DNA of 64,000 bases, from positions 30,521 through 94,520 of IMG/VR virus record IMGVR_UViG_3300032323_003820. One strand, given 5' to 3'. The stretch comes from a virus. The notes beneath the pieces were generated by a model. It saw only the letters and a program-made list of their open reading frames with translations, was not told where the DNA came from and searched no databases. The position numbers and the translations under genes were made by a program. How positions within the stretch are numbered: the first letter of the stretch is position 1; each line of letters starts with the position of its first letter. Of the stretch, positions 56,885-64,000 are shown piece by piece.

Positions 56885-57463
56885 ATGAGATTTAATTCAC
56901 TTGTAATAGATGACTTTTACTCCAACCCGATGGAAGTCAGAGAATTTGCACTTAGACAAGAATTTAAAGTAAGAGGCAATTACCCTGGAATGAGAACGGA
57001 ATCATTCTTAAATGAACCTTTGAAAAAAACACTTCAAAATATTGTTTATCCTTTCGCGGGTAACGTAACTCACTGGGGTGGAGAATATACAGGTTCGTTT
57101 CAATATACATTGTCCTCTGATAGGTCTTGGATACATGCCGATTCAACAACCGATTGGGCGGCAGTTTTATATCTAACACCTAACGCACCTATTTCTGCCG
57201 GAACAGGAATTTTCAAACATAAGGAAACAGGTTGGATGACCTTTGATTATAAAAACCAAGACCCACAATATCTTAACCAAGCACCTCCGGGTCACGACTC
57301 CCAAGATTACACTAAATGGGATATGGTTGATAGATTTGGAAACCTATTTAACAGACTTATTATGTATAAAGCAGACAATTATCATGTCTCTTTGGATTAC
57401 TTTGGAAATACACCAGAGAATGGAAGACTCTTCCAAGTATTTTTCTTCAATACTGAAAGGTAA
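56885..57463 (+). CDS. 2OG-Fe(II) oxygenase-like protein (DUF6445-like)
   Basis: VIDDFY, YPGMR, IHAD, VLYL, FNRLIMY, YH, RLFQVFF. Confidence 0.75.
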   Translation: MRFNSLVIDDFYSNPMEVREFALRQEFKVRGNYPGMRTESFLNEPLKKTLQNIVYPFAGNVTHWGGEYTGSFQYTLSSDRSWIHADSTTDWAAVLYLTPNAPISAGTGIFKHKETGWMTFDYKNQDPQYLNQAPPGHDSQDYTKWDMVDRFGNLFNRLIMYKADNYHVSLDYFGNTPENGRLFQVFFFNTER

Positions 57464-57467
57464 CAAC

Positions 57468-58058
57468 TTATTTAAAGTTGTTACCTCCTAACCATGTAAC
57501 TAATGAAATTCTTGTCCCCGATGTTGTTGGGGTTACTCTATGCAATAAAAATGAAGGGAAAAAGCAAATCAGACCCTTTTCCTTTGGGACTGTCAAAATA
57601 CTTCCTCCAACATTAATTTCTAAATCTCCTCCTGTATATTCATCAGGACCTGCGAGTTGCATTACCATTGAAAGTTTTCTATTCGAAATGTTTGGACCCA
57701 AGTCTAAATGCCAGTCATAATGGCCACCGTTTCCATGATAGATGGTGTATTGTAAATTATCGGGAAATCCCCAAATATCAAAATTCCACATTTCTCTGTT
57801 TGCCTCGTGAGCCAATTTCGCAATTTTATCATAAATCCAAGCAGAATCTTCGTTTTCATCAATCCAAGATACTTCACTTTTTCTATAATTTGAAACAGTA
57901 TTTTCACCTGTAACAGCATCTTGTCTTACAAGTGTAGAAGCCAAATATTTGATTTCGTTTATTTCATTATTCGAAAATTGGTTAACAAAATAATAGTAAT
58001 TACAGTGGTTTGTTTGGTTCCTATGAAGCGAGTTCATAAAAAATTGAGAAGAGTTCAT
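57468..58058 (-). CDS. 2OG-Fe(II) oxygenase (PKHD/prolyl hydroxylase-like)
   Basis: HYDWHLD, RKLS, YTGGDL, FPSFLLHRVTP, GTRISLVTW. Confidence 0.9.
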   Translation of the reverse strand: MNSSQFFMNSLHRNQTNHCNYYYFVNQFSNNEINEIKYLASTLVRQDAVTGENTVSNYRKSEVSWIDENEDSAWIYDKIAKLAHEANREMWNFDIWGFPDNLQYTIYHGNGGHYDWHLDLGPNISNRKLSMVMQLAGPDEYTGGDLEINVGGSILTVPKEKGLICFFPSFLLHRVTPTTSGTRISLVTWLGGNNFK

Positions 58059-58114
58059 AATTAAAATTTGTTAAAATTATAAACACTTCTTTTTTCAGTA
58101 TCAATAATATGAAA

Positions 58115-58145
58115 TAAAAATCCCCTCATTAAGAGGGGATTATTT
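58115..58145 (-). terminator. Intrinsic terminator
   Basis: AATCCCCTC/GAGGGGATT with tract. Confidence 0.7.
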
Positions 58146-59095
58146 TAAAACTTTTTCATTCTATTCATCATTTCAACAATTCTATTTTTTTGTTTGACGA
58201 CAGATTCTTTTAAATCTTCATCCAAATAAGAAAATTCATCGTCACCAGTCATTGTAGTTATATCTTCCCACGAGGAGGTATTTGGTTCAAATTCTTCGTA
58301 GTCTGACATGTCAAGTTCATTATCATCGAACTCTTCACCTTCGGCATCCGCCTTATTTTTTCTTCTCATTTTATTCCAAACATGTCTACGTGGATATTGT
58401 TCGTCAGTTTCTTGATAATCTTCTTCGATTTCTTCATCTTTCACTTCGTAGTCTGAAAATGCCGACTCCATTGTTTCATATACTGGCTCTGCACCATCAG
58501 ATTCAAAATCAAATGCAGATTTAACTTCCTCATCATCCAAGTCCATGTCGTAGGCCTTTTCAGAGTATGCATCACCACCATCTTTGGGTCCTTTACTTTT
58601 GAAAGTGTATGCACTCTCTAATTCATCATAAGGGTCTCCTTGTTCTGTCTCTTCAACTTCTCCTTCAACGTAATCAAACTTATCAGAAAGATTCAAATCT
58701 TCAACATTTTTTAAATCTTTTACCTGTTGCATTTCTTCTTCCATTTCGTAGTTTGAACCACATTCCATGCATTCACCTTCTTCCATGTTTCCACCATAAC
58801 CACACTCCATACATTCACCTTCTTGCATCATCCCACCACATTCTGAACATAATTCTTTTTCTTCTTCCATCGGTTGAACTTGTTCGTTAATACCAACATT
58901 TTTATATGCAGTAACAACATTCTTGTTACTCAACGTCACACCACCTTTGTCATTTGCAAAATCTTGAACATATAATGGTTGTTCACTTTTTATTTTAGGT
59001 TGCATTGTTCTATAACCGTCGTATAGAGACCTGTGCTTATCTAAAATGCTACTTTTTTCTTCATTAGACATAAGTCCTATTGCCCATTGTTTCAT
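58145..59095 (-). CDS. Acidic putative head core protein with CxECG repeats
   Basis: Three CxECG motifs, many xxE sites; TATTTAT at 59110-59116 places start at 59095. Confidence 0.55.
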   Translation of the reverse strand: MKQWAIGLMSNEEKSSILDKHRSLYDGYRTMQPKIKSEQPLYVQDFANDKGGVTLSNKNVVTAYKNVGINEQVQPMEEEKELCSECGGMMQEGECMECGYGGNMEEGECMECGSNYEMEEEMQQVKDLKNVEDLNLSDKFDYVEGEVEETEQGDPYDELESAYTFKSKGPKDGGDAYSEKAYDMDLDDEEVKSAFDFESDGAEPVYETMESAFSDYEVKDEEIEEDYQETDEQYPRRHVWNKMRRKNKADAEGEEFDDNELDMSDYEEFEPNTSSWEDITTMTGDDEFSYLDEDLKESVVKQKNRIVEMMNRMKKF

Positions 59096-59229
59096 AATAA
59101 TCTTTTTTAATAAATATTGACGTAAAGAAATAAAACATCTAATATTGATATAACAAGTGAAACTCAAAACTTTTAGATAGTATCTTGGTAATTTACTTCT
59201 TTTATTTTGTTTTCACTTGTTTTTTTTTT

Positions 59230-59487
59230 ATGATAATTAATGACTACAATATATTTGAATACTGCGAAGGTGCAGTCGTTTTGGACGGACTTGATGATGC
59301 CATAGTTGGTATTTGTGAAGAGTTTGGTTCGGGTCCAAGAATAATGTATTCCAAAACAAAAATTTTAGAAATTCTCCAAAAAAGGGACCTAATGACTGAA
59401 GAAGAATCAGAAGAATTCTATGATTATAATATTTTAGGTCTTTATGTTGGAGAACAAAATCCAGTTTTTGTTATTACCTCCAAATAA
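59230..59487 (+). CDS. Small phage protein
   Basis: DGLDDAIVG..EFYDYNILGLYVGE; likely start 59230. Confidence 0.65.
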   Translation: MIINDYNIFEYCEGAVVLDGLDDAIVGICEEFGSGPRIMYSKTKILEILQKRDLMTEEESEEFYDYNILGLYVGEQNPVFVITSK

Positions 59488-59501
59488 CCTATCTTTGCTT
59501 C

Positions 59502-60152
59502 ATGATAAAAATACCTTACGATACCAAAGTCTGGGTAACCTCAGATACACACTACGGACACAAAAACATATGTCGTGGGGTCACCGATTGGAGAACTGAA
59601 TTAGGTGAAGTACCCATATCACAAACTCGTGATTTTCCCACAATAGAAAAAATGAATTCAACCATAGTTGACAACATAAATGAAAATGTTGGTCAAGAAG
59701 ATGTTTTGATACACCTTGGTGATTGGTCATTTGGTGGGTTTGATAGAATACGTGAATTTTGGGACAGGATAGTTTGTAAAAACATATATCTTGTTATCGG
59801 AAACCACGACCACCACATAGAAAATAATAGGGATGGTAGCCAAGGGTTATTTAAAAGGGTTTCTCATTACGATACACTTGATTACGGACAGTTTAAGTTC
59901 AAATTGATGCACTATCCCATATCTTCTTGGGATGGTCTAAATAAGGGTGTAATGCACTTACACGGACACTGTCATTTACCAACTCACATGAGGTTCGGGA
60001 GGGGTCAGAGAATGGATGTTGGTATGGATGGTCATCCTGAGTTCAGACCTTATGATTTACAAAGAGAAGTAATACCTTTGTTGAGACATAGAGAAAAACT
60101 TTCCGAAATGCCTAACGACCATCATGTTGAGAGATTATTAAATTCAAAATAG
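59502..60152 (+). CDS. Calcineurin-like metallophosphoesterase
   Basis: SDTHYGH, HLGD, GNHD, MHYP, HGHCH, DVGMD; TATCTTTG at 59490-59497. Confidence 0.9.
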   Translation: MIKIPYDTKVWVTSDTHYGHKNICRGVTDWRTELGEVPISQTRDFPTIEKMNSTIVDNINENVGQEDVLIHLGDWSFGGFDRIREFWDRIVCKNIYLVIGNHDHHIENNRDGSQGLFKRVSHYDTLDYGQFKFKLMHYPISSWDGLNKGVMHLHGHCHLPTHMRFGRGQRMDVGMDGHPEFRPYDLQREVIPLLRHREKLSEMPNDHHVERLLNSK

Positions 60153-60157
60153 CAACT

Positions 60158-60352
60158 ATGAAATTTGAACTTTCTGAAACACAATTACAAAAACTGAATG
60201 AATGGAAATTTTCCATCAATAAAATTTACGGACATCCCGGTACGTTCATTTACAAATTTATTCCTAATGGTATTGGTGAAACTGTTAAGGTTGAATCTAC
60301 CCTTGTTGGTCCTGAATATGAATTAGATTTAACAGAAATTGAAAATTGGTAA
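60158..60352 (+). CDS. Small phage protein
   Basis: YKFIPNGIG..LDLTEIENW. Confidence 0.6.
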   Translation: MKFELSETQLQKLNEWKFSINKIYGHPGTFIYKFIPNGIGETVKVESTLVGPEYELDLTEIENW

Positions 60353-60353
60353 T

Positions 60354-60767
60354 ATGGACGGAATATTATTTTTAGTGAGAGGACTTCCTGGTTCAGGTAA
60401 GAGTACATTTGCAACCCATATTTGGAATGAATATTCTGTTTGTGAGGCTGATAAATTCTTTTATGATAAACAAGGAAACTATAACTTCGACTCTACCAAA
60501 ATAAGAGATGCACATGCTTGGTGTAAAAACGAAGTTGAGACGAGGATGAAAGACCATCAAATAAATCAACAATATTATCCTGAGATTGCAGTTTCCAACA
60601 CCTTTACTCAAGAGTGGGAAATGGAAGATTATTACAAACTAGCAGAAAAGTATGGTTATAAAGTAGTATCTTTAATTGTTGAAAATAGACACGGAGGAAA
60701 GAATGTTCATGGGGTTCCCGATGACAAGTTGGAAATAATGAAAAATAGATTTGAAATAAAACTTTAA
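60354..60767 (+). CDS. P-loop polynucleotide-kinase-like protein (AAA_33-like)
   Basis: RGLPGSGKST, EAD, VSNTF, NVHGVP. Confidence 0.8.
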   Translation: MDGILFLVRGLPGSGKSTFATHIWNEYSVCEADKFFYDKQGNYNFDSTKIRDAHAWCKNEVETRMKDHQINQQYYPEIAVSNTFTQEWEMEDYYKLAEKYGYKVVSLIVENRHGGKNVHGVPDDKLEIMKNRFEIKL

Positions 60768-60768
60768 T

Positions 60769-61005
60769 ATGAAATTAAGGAAAATATTTTGTATCTTTGG
60801 AATGCACTCTTGGAGATACAAAAGAGAAAAACATAAAGTAACTGGTCATCCTGAAGGACGCGAGTTTGTTAGGGTTGTTGTCAGAGAATGTGAAGTTTGT
60901 TCTCACAGAGAACATCACTTATTACCGAAACATTCAGGATTCACAAGATGGAGAAGTTTTGACCATGTATCAGGAGATGCAACAATAAAATATGAAGAAA
61001 TTTAA
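60769..61005 (+). CDS. Small Cys/His zinc-ribbon-like protein
   Basis: CIFGMHSW..RECEVC. Confidence 0.55.
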   Translation: MKLRKIFCIFGMHSWRYKREKHKVTGHPEGREFVRVVVRECEVCSHREHHLLPKHSGFTRWRSFDHVSGDATIKYEEI

Positions 61006-61016
61006 AACAAACAAAT

Positions 61017-61220
61017 ATGCAAACATTGATTTTTAACACGACAACAAAAACCGCAGAGGTGATTTATGAAAATGGTGTAAGTAAAACTTACGATGATGTA
61101 CCGACCGTAGCAATTATGGAAGGTTTCTATGAAATCCGTCAAACTGATATGATGGAAGATAAAAGGTATCCAGTTCTCAGGCTCCCAATCGCAAACACCA
61201 TTATGGAAATCAAACGATGA
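61017..61220 (+). CDS. Hypothetical protein
   Basis: 67 aa ORF. Confidence 0.55.
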   Translation: MQTLIFNTTTKTAEVIYENGVSKTYDDVPTVAIMEGFYEIRQTDMMEDKRYPVLRLPIANTIMEIKR

Positions 61221-62374
61221 ACTTAAGTCTTGAAATATTAAACCAATATGTCGAAGAGGGTTGGGTGGTCAAAAATGACCATCCTTCACTTCCATTATCT
61301 ATCTACAATTACTCTCGTAAAACACAATATGATGGTAAGTGGGATAATGTTACTTTGCAATGTAGGGGAGTAATCACCGATAATGCAACAGGTAAAGTAT
61401 TGGTTAGACCTTTCAAGAAATTTTTCAACTATGAGGAATTAGTAGGAAACAAATGGAAAGAATCTCAGCTTCCACCCATGAGTGATTATGTTTACATCCA
61501 AGAAAAACTTGATGGTTCTCTCGGCATACTCTTTAATTATGAAGGTGAGTGGATAATGGCAACCCGTGGTTCGTTTGTTTCTGAACAAGCAATCAAAGGT
61601 CTTGAAATCCTGAAGTCAAAATATAATTTGGACTCTTGGTTGAAACATTATGGTTACCTTGTCGAAATAATCTATCCTGAGAATAGAATTGTTGTAGACT
61701 ATGGTAAAAAAGAGAGGGTGGTATTTCTTTCAGTTGTGATGAACGAAAGTTATGAATGGGGACCGTTCGATGATAGTGAACAACACTGGACTATATCTAG
61801 GTCTATATTCAAAATGAATGGCATAAAAAAAGAAGATGTGGTTCGAACCGAACAACATTTTAATTTTTCTGATGACCTATATAAGTCTCTGAAGGAAAAA
61901 AATGAGAATAATCAAGAAGGTTTTGTTATAAGGTTCCATCCTGGTAATTTCAGAGTAAAAATAAAGTTTGAGGAATACGTTAGACTCCATAAAATAATAA
62001 CTCAAGTATCAACTTATGATATATGGGAACATTTGAAAAATGGTAAAGATATTTCCGAACTACTCGAAAAAGTACCTGATGAATTCGATAAGTGGGTAAA
62101 ACATACTGTGAAAACTTTGGAGTATCACAAATTTGCTTTGGAAGAAAGATGTGGTAAATCTCATGATTATTTTAGGTATGGTAAATTTAATGACGTTGAA
62201 CCTGAACCCACAAAGAAAGAGTTTGCAGAACACATAAAAAAATATACCAATCCTAAATTACATGGACTTATGTTTGCAATTTGGGATGGTAATAGAAAAA
62301 GAATCGATGAAATTCTTTGGAAACTAATTAAACCTGAATATTCTAAACCCTTTTGGCAAAAAGAAACAGAATGA
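61217..62374 (+). CDS. RNA ligase (T4 Rnl1-like)
   Basis: CRG, RPFKKFFN, EKLDGSL, ATRGSF, EGFV, KIKFEEY. Confidence 0.9.
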   Translation: MNLSLEILNQYVEEGWVVKNDHPSLPLSIYNYSRKTQYDGKWDNVTLQCRGVITDNATGKVLVRPFKKFFNYEELVGNKWKESQLPPMSDYVYIQEKLDGSLGILFNYEGEWIMATRGSFVSEQAIKGLEILKSKYNLDSWLKHYGYLVEIIYPENRIVVDYGKKERVVFLSVVMNESYEWGPFDDSEQHWTISRSIFKMNGIKKEDVVRTEQHFNFSDDLYKSLKEKNENNQEGFVIRFHPGNFRVKIKFEEYVRLHKIITQVSTYDIWEHLKNGKDISELLEKVPDEFDKWVKHTVKTLEYHKFALEERCGKSHDYFRYGKFNDVEPEPTKKEFAEHIKKYTNPKLHGLMFAIWDGNRKRIDEILWKLIKPEYSKPFWQKETE

Positions 62375-62577
62375 ACAATTTAGATATAAATAGAATTATA
62401 AAAGAACGGAACGTACATTCCACTTTTCTTAATGAGGAAGGGCTTGTTATTGCGTTGAAAGAATCTTATAATTTGGGCGTTGAGGATGTTCTGTCTTGGT
62501 TATCCGAGATGGAACACCTTTGTCCAAATGTTCATTATCTAATAGAAGAATGGAATAATCAAAATAATAAAAAATAA
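62371..62577 (+). CDS. Hypothetical protein
   Basis: ATGA overlap with ligase stop. Confidence 0.55.
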   Translation: MNNLDINRIIKERNVHSTFLNEEGLVIALKESYNLGVEDVLSWLSEMEHLCPNVHYLIEEWNNQNNKK

Positions 62578-62580
62578 GAA

Positions 62581-62754
62581 ATGACAAACGAAGAAATAGT
62601 TGAAGAAATATTGCATGAAGCTAGTGTTTTTGGGATTATGAAAGAAGTCATCAATCAAGCGGGTCAAATTATGTTGAATAACCCAAAAATTGATAGGGTT
62701 ATCGCATACGAAACCGCATTAAATGATTTAAAACAAATAAAAGATGGGAAATAA
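62581..62754 (+). CDS. 57-aa hypothetical protein (not in ORF track)
   Basis: MTNEEIVEEILHEA.. fills operon gap. Confidence 0.55.
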   Translation: MTNEEIVEEILHEASVFGIMKEVINQAGQIMLNNPKIDRVIAYETALNDLKQIKDGK

Positions 62755-63037
62755 AACTTTAAGATTTTTGGTGGTCATATTGGCCATATTTTCTATTTGG
62801 GTTGTTTTTCAAAACACCTCTGACAGATATAAAATAAACAAACAACACGAATCAGAAGTGAAGTTACTTCGAGACAGTATACTTTTATTTAAATCTCAAA
62901 AGGATTCATTGTATGCTGAATTGTATCCTTGCGAAATAGAACTAAATAGGTTCCAAATCGCATTCAGGATTTTAGAAGATAGAAATCCGAAAGCCGCAGA
63001 ACAGTACGGTGACATTATTTCAGACGAGACAGAATGA
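62744..63037 (+). CDS. Membrane-anchored coiled-coil protein
   Basis: N-terminal TM helix. Confidence 0.55.
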   Translation: MGNKTLRFLVVILAIFSIWVVFQNTSDRYKINKQHESEVKLLRDSILLFKSQKDSLYAELYPCEIELNRFQIAFRILEDRNPKAAEQYGDIISDETE

Positions 63038-63246
63038 AAGAATTAGATTTACACGGATATTTTCATCATCAAGTTCAATTAGAAGTCGAAAACTTTGTAT
63101 TTTTGAACTCTAAGGAACTCCCCCTCAGAATTATTATAGGTAGGTCTGAAATGATGAGAAATCTTGTCGAATTCACACTTAAATCGAATAACTTTAGTTA
63201 TAATATTCCTGTACATAACCCAGGTGAAATAATTGTTTTATCATGA
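63034..63246 (+). CDS. Stand-alone Smr-like domain protein
   Basis: LDLHG, IIIGRS, NPG. Confidence 0.7.
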   Translation: MKELDLHGYFHHQVQLEVENFVFLNSKELPLRIIIGRSEMMRNLVEFTLKSNNFSYNIPVHNPGEIIVLS

Positions 63247-64000
63247 ATAATTTAGATGCAAGATACCAAGCATTACTTGAAGACATTCTACATTTAGGTG
63301 TTGAAAAAACTGATAGGACAGGAACTGGAACTATTTCAGTTTTTGGAAGACAAATTCGTCACAGGATGAGGGAGGGATTTCCATTACTTACAACAAAGAA
63401 GATGGCATGGAAAACTATGGTGACTGAGTTATTATGGTTTCTGAGAGGAGATACTAATATCAAATTCCTCTTGGATTATGATTGCCACATTTGGGATGGT
63501 GATGCTTATAAAAACTATTGTAAATGGTATGATTCTTCGATAAACGCTGAACTCCCTCAAAAATATACAAAAGAAGAATTCATCAATAAAATCAAAACCG
63601 ATGATGAGTTTGCACACAAGTGGGGTGAATTAGGTCCAATTTATGGAAAACAATGGAGGGATTGGTGTGGAAAAGATGAAGTAAATTTGACGGATGAAAG
63701 AGACGAAAATGGTTATTTGAAATTCGAAAAAAACCATATTGCAGGAGTAGACCAAATTCAAAACCTAATTAACGAACTCAAAACAAATCCTGATAGTAGA
63801 AGGTTGATGGTTAATGCTTGGAATGTGGGTGAGTTTGACCAAATGGTACTACCACCTTGTCATTATGGGTTTCAAGTTTATACGAGAAAGTTGAGTTTAA
63901 AAGAAAGGTATAGCATTGCCAAATATGACTGGCCGCCAGATGGTTTACATAATGTAGCTATAAATCGTTTAGAACAACGAAACATTCCAAGAAGAGCAAT
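63243..64000 (+). CDS. thyA: Thymidylate synthase (3'-truncated by window; not in ORF track)
   Basis: DRTGTGT, FPLLTTKK, ELLWFLRG, LGPIYGKQWR, PDSRR, LPPCH. Confidence 0.95.
   Translation, partial: MNNLDARYQALLEDILHLGVEKTDRTGTGTISVFGRQIRHRMREGFPLLTTKKMAWKTMVTELLWFLRGDTNIKFLLDYDCHIWDGDAYKNYCKWYDSSINAELPQKYTKEEFINKIKTDDEFAHKWGELGPIYGKQWRDWCGKDEVNLTDERDENGYLKFEKNHIAGVDQIQNLINELKTNPDSRRLMVNAWNVGEFDQMVLPPCHYGFQVYTRKLSLKERYSIAKYDWPPDGLHNVAINRLEQRNIPRRA

Noticed and set aside
1-64000. Stop-codon reassignment as in some huge phages
   Set aside because: Core genes are full length under code 11; TAG and TGA end genes at sensible positions; no suppressor tRNA seen

Overview
A 64 kb, AT-rich segment of a very large T4-like (huge/jumbo) phage. 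The host is most likely a Bacteroidota species: there are many TAnnTTTG (-7) promoters with TTTG at -33, no Shine-Dalgarno sites, and Bacteroidota-type TonB receptor and lipoprotein genes. Family assignments come from motif recognition only; no database search was run. The left third holds the head module on the minus strand (terminase, portal, prohead protease, scaffold, major capsid), with ribosomal protein bS21 inserted on the opposite strand. The rest carries proteostasis genes (Hsp20, N-domain-less ClpC, ClpP, tmRNA), nine tRNA genes, an RNA repair cluster, glycan-tailoring enzymes, a TonB receptor/lipoprotein/GT2/PlcP-like cassette and the start of thyA. Two promoter classes are visible: host-type TAnnTTTG and a putative late motif, TATTTAT. 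Four observations stand out. (1) An unannotated 31-codon Asn/Cys/Trp/His-rich leader ORF with mutually exclusive antiterminator and terminator pairings lies upstream of tRNA-Cys, -Trp and -Asn, which looks like a ribosome-sensing attenuator for phage tRNA genes. (2) A tRNA with an Arg CCG anticodon lacks A20 but carries alanine identity elements (G3-U70, A73). (3) A possible phosphate-scavenging and lipid-remodelling cassette. (4) A dispersed set of late proteins with shared short leaders and (I/L)xE sites, suggesting head-packaged, protease-matured cargo. Three unassigned structured RNA candidates sit among the tRNAs.
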